From: Eledone cirrhosa
Taxonomy: Eukaryota
Direction of reading: 5' to 3'
DNA: 64,000 bases
NCBI GenBank assembly: GCA_964016885.1
Contig: OZ024740.1
Span: 39,742,001 to 39,806,000 of the forward strand
Of this stretch, positions 37,853 through 49,434 are shown in pieces. The stretch's first letter is position 1. Every line of letters begins with the position of its first letter. Position numbers and translations under genes: made by a program. A model generated the notes under the pieces. The model searched no databases. It was not told the origin of the DNA and saw nothing but the letters and a program-made list of their open reading frames with translations.

Positions 37853-40510
37853 ATGATGATGGCTGCCCCCTCATTATCGAGTATGGCCATTGCACGAGAA
37901 AAAAAAACAAAAAAACATAATAATAATAACAACAATGATAATAATAACAACAATAATAATAACGACAACAACAACAACAATAACAATATACATATATATA
38001 TATATCACACACACACACATCTACACACACACACGATAGCAATTAACAGCGCTGCAATTGAATGTGGCTTTTTAGCCCAGCCAATGATCTAAAATGTCTT
38101 GCACAGAGTCGGCAACCAAAACATTCACTGGGAATAGCCGGCTGTGGTTGGAGTTTGTGTACTTTTGCATGTCGTTTGAGCCCTCCTGCTGATTTACATT
38201 CTCTACCACATGCTTGGCAAGCATGATGAGTAGCATCTCCAACAGCAGCCTGGTAGTCAACCACTGGTCTTACTTTATGACTGCGAAGATGACTTTCGAG
38301 TCCAGCTTTGCTTATGCAGAGTCTCGCACAGATGCTGCATGTCAGTACCATAGGAGGACCTTCGTCATCTGGAAATGCAACAGCAATGCCCTTCCTCACA
38401 TCCCTCTTTACTTTCTCGTATGCGATTCGAGATGCCTCAAAGGCAACTTTCCTCTCATATACAGTCTTTCTCCATTTATTACGATCAGCAGCAACATTTT
38501 TCCCATGTATCAGCAGAGATGTTAGCGTCTTTCAAAGAGGCTTTCATGTATGCCATCCATACCTGGTGACCTTCCACTGTTCAGCTTCGAGATAGCTACT
38601 GCAATCTCCACAAGCATTGGAGGTTCTGCGAAAGCTACTTTCACAGGTTTTTCTGGAATGAGACTGAGGAAATCTTCATTGACGACAGACGGCTGATTCA
38701 AAAGTTCATGAAAGTGCTCTCGCCACCTTCGTAGAATTCCTTATGAGTCACGAAGAAGTTCTTTGCCATCCTTGCTGCAAAGCAGTGTCACCAGAGAAGA
38801 AGATGGTCCATAAACTTCACGCAAAAGACTGTACAACAGCTTTGTGTTATTGGAATCTGATGCAGCTTGTATCTCATCAGCCTTTTCACTCCACCACTGA
38901 TCCTTCATCTGAGAAAGACTATGCCTAATACGTGATTTCACATCCTTAAGTTCCTTATGCAACATATTCTTCTCCTGTGGTTTTGCTGTCAAGTAGCGTG
39001 ACAGAGCACGCCTCTTATCAGCCAAAAAGTCTTCTATATGTTCATCATTCTCATTAAACCAGTCCTGATATTTTCTCTGCACCAATCCCAGAACACACCT
39101 GCCTACATCATAAACCGACTTTTTAAGGGTCGGCCAATCCTCACCAAGATCTGCAACCTGCATCTCTTCTCGCAATGTCCCCTAAGACGAGCAGCATTCA
39201 ATCTTCTGGGCAGGGTAAAACCAGGATAAGCCCAGATTTTACGTTTAGTGATTAGTTTCACTTTTGCTTTTGCGCGTACCAGGCGATGGTCCATCCAGCA
39301 TTCAGCTCCACGAAGAGCATGAACACACTGCACATCCCGTCTGTCACGCATCCTGACAAGGACGTAGTAAAAGATGCCATTCCTGAGATGCAGGATGCAT
39401 CCATGTGGTCTTAAATTTGTTCTTTTGTTGGAACATGGTGTTGGTAATACACAGATCCAGCTCCTCACACATCTGCAGCAGGAGCATACCATTGTTGTTA
39501 CACTTTCCCACCCATGCCTTCCGATTACATTCCATGTGTTAAAATCCCTACCCACTCTAGCATTAAAGTCACCAAGCACAATGACTTTGTCTGCCTGAGG
39601 GATATTTCTTAAAACACCTTTCAAGGCATGGACAAAAGACACTTTTTCTTCATCGACAGAATTCATAGTTGGAGCATACTCACTCACCAGGGTTGCATAT
39701 CTTCCTTTGTCCAGCGGAATTCTCATGGACATAAGACGCTCACTAATCCTTACTGGGAATTCTTCTAATTTATTCACAAGAACAGTCTTAACAGCAAATG
39801 CTACCCCAGCCTCTCTTCTGGTTCCTTCATCTCTTCCTTTCCAGAAGAATGTATATTCTCCACAAAATTCTGTAAGATGACCTCGTCTCAGATAAAGCTA
39901 CGATGTCAAGATCGTAACGTCGAAACTCCTTTGCAACAAGAGCGGTCCTTCATTCAGGACGTTCCAAGGAATCCCTGTCAAGCAGCGTCCTTACGTTCCA
40001 GCAGCCAAGATTAAATGCCTTGTTTGGCTCTATTACAGTGGCACGATAACGAGCGGGCTCAGGCTGTGATAACCTGGGGCCCCTGCCCTTATTGCCAGTT
40101 ATCTCTTTTGTTCCAGAACCCTTATTGCCAGTTATCTCTTTTATATTGTTTTGGAACATCATTGAATTGGGGAAAAAGGAAAAAAAAAGTAATAATAATA
40201 GTAACAATAATAATGATAATAATTATAACACTAATAATTATTAATTAATGCACTCGTGCAATTCCTGTGCGTGAAGAAATATTTTTAAAGTGAGGAAAGA
40301 CTGTGCACTGAGCCAATCCCACTCTCTGAGCGACAGTAGCTGTAACCCGAAAAGAAGAAAAGATCAACATCATCGGTAACTACTGAGCCACAGGTTTTAT
40401 ATCGGAGTTATCCCAGTTTCCTGAGTTGCCTTCTCCTAGAAGAATGCCCTAACAAAGGCTAGGGGTCCTTCACTCCCAGTGGTTTAACTGTGTGATCGGG
40501 TATCGAGCCC
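37853..40510 (-). mobile_element. RTE (BovB-like) LINE with 5' UTR, endonuclease and C-terminal C2H2 fingers, RT domain deleted
   Basis: GCWNVRTLLD, YAPT, LGDFNARVG, DHRLV, YQDWFNEND, GRSPGMDG, then a direct jump to DTWENVAADRNKWR and three CxxC...HxxxH fingers; 3' UTR with (CAT)n split by a microsatellite. Confidence 0.9.
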
Positions 40511-40989
40511 AATTATTTCTATGTCCCGTGCATAAAAAAAAAAACTCACTTATTGACACTCATACGTACGACATACACACACGCACACATACACACGCAT
40601 GCATACACCAACACTCATGCATACAAACAAACACACACACGCTACTCACTTATACACACATATATATATATATATATATATATTACCGTCATTACTGATA
40701 CATATATACATACACACATACATACATACATATATACACACACATACATACTTACACACACACACACATACACACACACACATGCTGGAGAGCCAACTTC
40801 ATTTGTTTTCAACAAGTTGGTGAGAGATAAAATGCACAAGATGAGGTCAATGACACCAAACACTGCACCAGTGTAAAGTGACTACCTGTTATAGGTTTTA
40901 TACATTCTTAGTGATTAAATCTCATTTAAATGAATTAAGATTGTACCACATATCTCCTATACAGCTTCTGACAAAGATTTACACACCAC

Positions 40990-41270
40990 ATTTTATTATG
41001 GGCAAAACCAACTGGCAGGAGACACAGGGTTAGACCCTGAGCAAAATGGTTGGACAACATCCATGAGCTTGGCTGGTTATGCTTGGGGATCCAAGCATGA
41101 CCAGCCAAGCTGGTCAGCTGGAGACGGTTGCTTCTGACAGGACCCATTGGAGGGAGTGTTTGAGGACTCTGCCCCCCGAACTCTCCCAAGAAGAAGAAGA
41201 AGAAGAAGAAGAAGAAGAAGAAGAAGAAGAAGAAGAAGAAGAAGAAGAAGAAGAAGAAGAAGAAGAAGAT
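40990..41270 (+). mobile_element. LINE 3'-end fragment with a long (GAA)n tail
   Basis: GRPxAKWLDNI...ASDRTHWR then about 26 GAA units; an antisense copy lies at about 46155-46330. Confidence 0.7.
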
Positions 41271-42309
41271 TTCCCTGGTAAAATACTCTCAGCATATTTT
41301 TCCCTACCTTTCTAACACAATTATCATTTCCCAGTGATAAAGTAACTGTCTGTCTGATCTTGGTCAGTATATATACCAGCCACTCCTGATATCAACAACT
41401 GCTATGCTATATGGTATATTGTATGATGAAATGAGAAACTGTCTTTAGTTCAACAGTGGCTGGTGTGCTGAATAGTATGTATGTATGATCTTGTAACTCC
41501 TGATAAAGTTATAAGGACACTGTATTGACATACAGCGTTTCTTGGGCATTTTAAGCCTGGCGGAGCCCATTCCTCTCCAAGCCTGAGTACAGCAGATTTC
41601 TTCTAGAGAGAGGAAGAATCGACCCCAGTATTAGACTGGTACTTCTTTTTATTGACCTCGAAAGGATGAAAGGCAAAGTTGACCTCGATGGGATTTGAAC
41701 TCAGAGAGCAGAGAACTGGAACGAATACCATAAAGCATTTTATCTGACGTTCTAATGATTCTGATAATTTGCTGAATAGTGCAGTAACTCAAATATTTAG
41801 ATGGCCCATGAGGTTTCTTGTGGTAAATATTCCTTATTTTCTGCATGTGGTTATATTTTGAGTTCATTTTCCCTGTTTGTTCAATTCAAAGTCATAGCAC
41901 CAACTACCTGTTGACTCCATGAGCACTCTCAATGATTACATATCTCACTAAGATGAACTAAGATTGTACTGCCTGGGTTCATGCGCGTCTAATATGTAGG
42001 GGGGGGGGTTGTAGAGGTGACAAAAATGTGAGTGAGATAAGCACACAGAGAAAAGGGCAAAGAGAGAGAGATTAAGACAAATTAATGAAGAAAGATGAGT
42101 GGGAAGAGAAAGAGAGACAGAGAGAGAGAGATTAATTAGAAGAAATTAATGTAGAAGGATGAGAAATGTTCAAACTTAGAACACAAAGTAATCAATTTTG
42201 ATATTTTGCATGAAAATATTCCAGTTTAGAACATTTCTGCCCCAGGATTGATGTATTGTGACTATTTTTACCCCAGGGCTCTAGGGTCACAGAGAATGGG
42301 AGGGGGAAG

Positions 42310-42540
42310 GGGGAGGCAGGGGGGCTTAGGGCACGGCGGTGTTGGAGCTGCACCCTGCAGACAAGACTGCAAAACCGTTTCCGCAGACAATAGCCTGCAA
42401 CAGCCACCCCACCTCGTGGGACTCTTTCCTCAGACAGGCTGCTAATGTTCTGATCTTGTGGAGAAGCTCGGCAGTATGGGGTCCAAGTACACCTGAGGTT
42501 TTGATGGCAACTGGTGTGAAGATGAAGCAGCCGGACATTT
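42310..42540 (-). mobile_element. CRE-like restriction-like endonuclease C-terminal fragment
   Basis: FTPVAIKTSGVLGP...WLLQAIVCGNGFAVL resembles F.P...ET.G..G...Q......RGNA. Confidence 0.6.
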
Positions 42541-42582
42541 ATTGTATAAGATTAATTAGCAATTATTATATAGATAATGATA

Positions 42583-42968
42583 AGGCGGTGGATTGGCAGT
42601 ATCGTTAGAGGGCCTGACGTCATGCTTTGCAGCATAGAGTTACGGCCCTTTACGATCTGAGTTCAAATCCTGCCGAGGTTAACTTTACCTTTCATCCTTA
42701 CGGGGTCGATAAAATAAAGTACCAGTAATGAACTGGGTAATTGCTGGCCTTGTGCCAAAAGTAGAAACAATTATATATATAATTGTTTCTACTTTTGGCA
42801 CAAGGCCAGCAATTACCCAGTTCATTACTGGTACTTTATTTTATCGACCCCGTAAGGATGAAAGGTAAAGTTAACCTCGGCAGGATTTGAACTCAGATCG
42901 TAAAGGGCCGTAACTATGCTGGAAAGCATGGCGTGCGACCCTCTACCGATACTGCCAATCCACCGCCC
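42583..42968. mobile_element. Two tRNA-SINE copies tail to tail forming a palindrome
   Basis: 42638-42776 is the exact reverse complement of 42777-42915; the SINE heads are diverged. Confidence 0.95.
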
Positions 42969-43902
42969 TTTATATAGATAATGATTATAAAATGAATTAA
43001 CAATTATTATATAGATAATTATAAGATTAATTATCATCACTGTTTAGTATCTATTTTCCATGCTTGCATGGTTGTCATATATTGAGGCCAGATTGGTCAT
43101 ATGACCGTGTCTTCTTAATACATTACATTTAGGGATTCCTTTCTACAATTTCAACTTCTTTGAACATGGCACCTATATGTCACACCTGTCTAAATTACTC
43201 TATATACCTGAACATGACACCTATATGTCACATGTGTCAAAATTACTCTATATACCTGAACATTACACCTGTATGTCACACCTGTCTAAATTACCTCTAT
43301 TTACCTACTTTCTTACTTTCCTTCTCTTGTTGTGTCTCACCTCTCAGACCCTCTACTAAACTTCCCCCCTCTCTCTCTATCTCTCTCTCTCTCACACACA
43401 CACACATACACACCTCGTCTCTCTCTCTCTCTATCCCTCTCTCTTTCTCTTCTCATCCCATATCTCTTTCTTCCTCTTTACCTCTTCCTCTCTCACTCAC
43501 ACCACTCTCTCTCCCCTCTCATCTCCCTCTCCCACTCCCTCTCCCCCTCACCCTCTCTCACTCTCTCTCTCTCCCCTCTCATCTCCCTCCCTCCCACCCT
43601 CTCACTCTGTCTATAATCACCAAAACAACTTTAATCAACCTTGTCAATCTGTTCAACAGTTTAATACAGTTTCTAAACACAGTGGACCTCTTCTCATTAA
43701 ACTAATTTAAATTTAATAAGAAAAATGTACTGTTCATCATAATTGAGGCGTTTTCTTTACAGACTTATCAGTTAATCAATATTGGTTATTCAAGAATTAT
43801 TATTAATATAATATAATAGTTAATATTTTCCAAAAAGTTTTAATAAAAAACAATTAACGTGGCACATGCAAAATACTGTGAGTATTTCTGCAAACACTTT
43901 AA

Positions 43903-44122
43903 CCCTTTAGCATTTAAACCGGCCATATCCGGCCAGAATTCTCTCACCTCTTTCTGTTCAAACCAGCCACAACCAGTTGCTCATACTTTCGTTAAGGTAT
44001 TGTTCTTAAAAAAATGATATCAAAATTTCATAGATTTGATATTGTGTCAGATAATTATGTGAAATAAATTGTTTACCATGAAAATACAGTAGCAAATATA
44101 GAATAATGTAAATGCTAAAGGG
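43903..44122 (+). mobile_element. Full-length 220-bp piggyBac-type MITE
   Basis: TTAA|CCCTTTAGCATTTA ... TAAATGCTAAAGGG|TTAA. Confidence 0.93.
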
Positions 44123-44174
44123 TTAATTCTATTAAATTCTATTAAACACTCTATTAATTCTGTTTAAACATTAA

Positions 44175-44505
44175 AAATGGGTGAAACCTGCTTGGCTTTA
44201 TGGTTGGGGGATTCAATTCACAATCTCAAAGTGATGAGTTTGATTCCCAGCAGCATATTGTGTCCTTCAGCAAGACACTTTCTTTCATGTTGCTCCAGTC
44301 CACTCTGCTGGCAAAAATGAGTTGTACCTGTAATTCGAAGGGCCAGCCTTGTTACATTCTGTATCACCCTGAATCTCCCCGAGAACTACGATAATGGTGC
44401 ACGTGTCTGTGGAATGCTCAGCCACTTGCACATTAATTTCACAAGCAAGCTGTTCTGTTGATTGTATCAACCGGAACATTTGTCATCGAGACCGACAGTG
44501 TCAGT
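44175..44505 (+). mobile_element. tRNA-derived SINE, second family
   Basis: GAGTTTGATTCC B-box-like motif; body shared with 25005-25250. Confidence 0.75.
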
Positions 44506-45357
44506 AATTACCATATATGGTCGAATGAAAGCCAACCCCCTATTTTATGTCTGAGAAATAGGTAAAAATCCCAACCCCGTTAATAAGCCGAGGCAGCTAA
44601 TCAACACATTATGTTTAGATGGTGTGGTTTTGAAATTCTCATGAGTGGAGAATATATTTATAAAGTTTTAATATTCAGAATTCCATTGCATGATTACTTT
44701 TAAATAATTTCTGATCATTTTGAAGGCCATATTCATTTAAAGCTTATCAAAAACAATAGGAAATATGAATTTCACAATGAAGTGAAACTGGTCTAACATT
44801 CACCTTCAAAGAGAAAATATTTTAGCATCTTATTTATACAGAATTTTGAAGTTGGTGAAAATCAGCAAAATATTGACCACAAATATAAGCTGACACCCCA
44901 TTTTACCATCGATTTTTTTTTTGTTACATATTTTTTTTTATAATAATAATAATGAAAATGATTGTGTACAATGCTCAGGTGCACTACAGCTCATCAAAGA
45001 TGCATGTATAGTACATAGAATAATATACAAATGTCAAGAAAGTGAACAGTGTATGAGTAATGATGAGTATACATGATAACTGTTAATCAATACTGGTTAT
45101 TCAGGAATTATTATTAATATAATATAATAATTCATATTTTCAAAAGAATTTTAATAAAAAATAATTAACGTGACACATACAAAAGGCTGTGTATTTCTGT
45201 GAACTCATTAAATTTGATATTTATTAATTCTATTTGAAAAATTAAAAGTGATTGAAATTTTGCATTAGTGAGTGCAAGATTGCACTTTTGTGAGATAGAA
45301 TATCAATTATGTCTATTTGAATCATTAAAAGTGAGTGTAGCATCATAATGTTATTAA

Positions 45358-45945
45358 CCCTTTAACACTTAAACCGGCCGTATCCAGTCAGAATTCTCTC
45401 ACCTCTTTCTCTTCAAACTGGCTGTAATTGGCCACCCATACAGACATTAAGGTATTGTTCTCAAAATAAATAATTGTCTCTACTTTAGGCACAAGGCCAG
45501 CAATTTCTTTTTTTTTTGGGGGGGGGGGTCGATTAAATCGACCCCAGTGAATTACTGGTGCTTTATTTTATCGACCCCGTAAGGATGAAAGGCAAAGCTA
45601 ACCTTTGAAGGATTTGAACTCAGGACGTAAAGGGCTATAACTCTACTCTACTGATACTACCAATCCACCAAAATAAATAATATAAAAATCTCATAGATTC
45701 AATATTATGTGAGATAATTATGTGAGGTAAAATATTTACCATAAAAATATAATAGTATACACTGTAAATGTGGTTGGTGTTAGGAAGGGCATCCAGCCAT
45801 AGAAAACCTGCCAGATAGTCCTATACGAGCGAGACACAGTCTTGCCTCAAGTGGGACAATTCCCGTCTAGCCCATGCTTGCGTGGACGATAGACGTTAAA
45901 CGATGATGATGACGATGATGATGATATAGAGTAATGTAAATGCTT
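45358..45945 (+). mobile_element. piggyBac MITE interrupted by a minus-strand SINE (about 45475-45670) and an RTE-tailed SINE (about 45765-45925)
   Basis: MITE sequence resumes after each insert and ends ...TAATGTAAATGCT. Confidence 0.8.
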
Positions 45946-45958
45946 GAACCAAACTTAC

Positions 45959-46100
45959 CCACAGACATAATGGTACTGTTGAATGGAAGAAGCAACAATT
46001 GAACCAATTTTTAACTGGCTTCCAATATTGCCAAGCTGTTGATCTAAACACCTGCTGGACATGGCACTGGTTTGCACAGTACTACAAACATTGCTGCTTT
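45959..46100 (-). CDS. 12-Cys protein, coding exon 2: (E)SSNVCSTVQTSAMSSRCLDQQLGNIGSQLKIGSIVASSIQQYHYVC(G)
   Basis: Acceptor ttttgttttgttttag|, donor |gtaagt; 142 nt; phase 1 in, phase 2 out. Confidence 0.9.
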
Positions 46101-47181
46101 CTAAAACAAAACAAAACAAAAAATTCAGAAATGTCTTAACAATTACACTAAAATTCTTCTTCTTTGCTTGCTTATTCCTGGGAGCATTGTTGGGGCAGAG
46201 TCCTTAAGTACGCTTTCCAGTGAGTCCTGTCAGAAGCAAAGAAGTAACTGCCTCCAGCGAGACCAATCTAGCTCATGGAAGTTATCCAACCATTTTACTC
46301 AGGGTCTACTTCAGTTGGTTTTGCCTGTAAAATCTGTCCAGCGATTCTTTCCTGAGACATTCTAACAGGACATATGGTTAGAAAGTTATTCAAAATGTGA
46401 AATATAATCATTTTCTATATAAGCTAATTTGTAGATAAATCAAAATGTCAAGATGGTATAAATCCAATGAAAAGTATAGATTACAGATTGATTATAACAG
46501 TTGTTACAATTATCAGATATTGAATCCTTTATAAATGTATATATATATTCATATTTTTATTTGTAGAATCTCCATCAAAAGTTCATCAATAATGGTTTCT
46601 GATTATTAGGCACAAGACCAACAATTTTGGAGGAGGGGAAAGTTGATTAAATAACCCAGTGCATTACTGGTACTTTATTTTATTGACTCAGTAAGAATAA
46701 AAGGCAAAGATAAACTTGGTGGGATTTGAACTCAGAATGTAAAGTTCATCAATAATAATAATAAATATATAAACATTTCAATGAAATAGTTTGTCCATCA
46801 AATTATAATGAAAACAGTTTAATTTTAGATATCTTTATGTATGTATGTATGTATATATGTGTATATATATATATATATACTATATAGATAGTCCTATATA
46901 TATATATATGACTATCCAGCGAATCTTCGGACCGTGAAGGTGTGATTTCCATGGCTATGTCATTATTTATAAAACAAATTTTGTATTTTATCTGATGAAA
47001 GCGCACCAAGATTTGCTTGGTTGCCCTTGAAATATATATAATAAAATAAATATGGTTTTATAAATATAGTTTCCATTTATTATTATCTTGGAATATTTAC
47101 TCCAGTAACTTGTTGAGTGCTCTATATCAGTTATAAACGTTTATGTTTGTCGAAATTTCAACAAATTAAATACAACTCTTA

Positions 47182-47472
<291 letters not shown>

Positions 47473-47726
47473 GTATATGTGGGCAACTATAACAAATGTG
47501 AAATATGTGCAACTAAAATATACTTTACAACATTTGATATACATTTTTCAATAGAATAATTATATATTATTCTATGTACTATACATGCACCTTTGATGAG
47601 TTTTAGTGCACCTGAGCACTGTACACAATAATTTCATTATATATATTATATAAATGAGTATGTTATTTTCTTTTTTCATTTTTCCAAAATTATTTTCTCT
47701 AAATACAAAAAAGTATAATTACTTAC

Positions 47727-47775
47727 CAACATTAATTAATATTGAAAACAGAATTGCAAAATATTTTAACCACAT
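47727..47775 (-). CDS. 12-Cys protein, coding exon 1 (signal peptide): MWLKYFAILFSILINV(E)
   Basis: AGAATG start; basic residue then hydrophobic core; donor G|gtaagt in phase 1 matches exon 2. Upstream acceptor ccttttcag| at 47809 suggests a further 5' UTR exon. Confidence 0.85.
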
Positions 47776-48229
47776 TCTGAACTTGAAAATACCCCCAAAG
47801 AAATACACCTGAAAAGGCAGCAGGTATAAGAATAGTGAACTGGATTAGAGTATGTTTGGTAAGTAGTGATGTGTACCATAAAAGGAAAATCTTTGCAGTA
47901 TATGACGTAAGATTATTCCAACTTTTGGTTGGTTATTAAAACCTGAAGAGTCTATTTCCTTCATAAAGGGGTGTGTCAAATATCAAAGGGATAATAGGAT
48001 TGGTCTAAATTATTGTGGATTTAAAATTTTTACATTCATTCTATAATTATAATTCATTGCATTGATTTCAAGATTAACGAACAAGAATTAAAACAATACC
48101 TTCCGGATATTCCAGGATTTCAATGAAATATTTTATTCAGGTGATTGAATAGATACAGTTTTCTCTGTATTATAATGTTGTAGCAAATAAATTCACCTTT
48201 CAGGGATAAATCATAAAGGTATGCATTGT

Positions 48230-48432
48230 TATAAGGTGGATTGGATTGGCAGTATCGGTAACATGTCGGATGCGTTGCTTTGCAGCATAGAGTTACAGCC
48301 TTTTACGTTCTGAGTTCAAATCCCGCCGAGGTTAACTTTGCCTTTCATCCTTATGGGTTCGATAAAATAAAGTACCAGTAATACACTGGGATAATTGTTG
48401 GCCTTGTGCCAAAAGTAGAAACAATTATTATA
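48230..48432 (+). mobile_element. tRNA-derived SINE, near full length
   Basis: GGTGGATTGG...GAGTTCAAATCCCGCCGAGG...GTAGAAACAATTATTAT. Confidence 0.85.
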
Positions 48433-49434
48433 ATGTTACATCAACATCATCTTCATCATCATCATCATCACCAACTAACTGCTATTTTCCATGTTTGCAT
48501 GGATTAGATGGGTTGTCAAGTCATGAGACAAGTCAGGTCAGGTGACCATATCTAAATCATATGGAACTGTTTCTGGCTTGGTTTCTATGGCTGGATGCCC
48601 TTCCTAATCTCAACCACATTACAGGGTGGACTGGGTGCTTTTTAACGTGTCACCAACATGACCACTTTACAGGCTGGACTGGGTGCTTTTTGTTGTGTCA
48701 CTAGCATGACTGCCTTAGAAAGTGGACTGGGTGCTTTTTGTCATGTCACCAATACAACCTTGCAGGGTAAGCAAATAAATCTACCTTTCAGGGATAAATT
48801 ATAAAGTAAGCATTAAGTTGAAGGTGATCAATTGACAGAGTCTTAGGATATCAGATTAACAATGCTTCTATAGTTGTTCCTATTCTCTACAATCTGAGTT
48901 TAAGTACCAGTGAGTTCAACTTTACCATTCATCATCTCGAGGTCAATACTGGGGTCGATACCTGGAGAGAGATGGGCTCCACCGGGTTTAAAATGCCCTA
49001 ACATGCCATGTGTCAACACAGTGCCCTACAACTTCATCAATCTACTGAGGGAAGGGCTCTGCAAGGTTTTAGAGCCCTAAGACATGCTATGTGTCAAACA
49101 GTACCCCAATGTTTTCATCAACACAACTCCATCAAGAGTTAAAAGCACTTTCCCTTTTCTATGTGTTAAATTATTTGCTTTAGTGTTTCAATTAAATTGA
49201 CTCAGTATCATGATTGAAATTTTCTGCAGATCAACAGAAGGGGTACGTTCTTGGGGTGGGTGGGAGATATAAAACAAAGGGCACTCTTGCTGGTTATAAA
49301 CTGGAAATGTACATGACGTAACTAAATGCCACAAGATATTTATTTAATCAAACGCTCCCTTGATTATCCTTAAAATAAAATGCTGAATCCAGTGTTGCGA
49401 ATCAGACTATGTATCCCTAATAAATTGAGGGTCA

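Noticed and set aside
38043-38399. Host C2H2 zinc-finger gene
   Set aside because: In frame with the RTE ORF tail and followed by the RTE 3' UTR.
40380-40510. HDV-like ribozyme in the RTE 5' UTR
   Set aside because: Some RTE elements carry one, but I could not assemble the nested P1/P1.1/P2/P3 pseudoknot here.
48230-48330. tRNA genes at A/B-box motifs
   Set aside because: No cloverleaf; these are heads of multi-copy SINEs.
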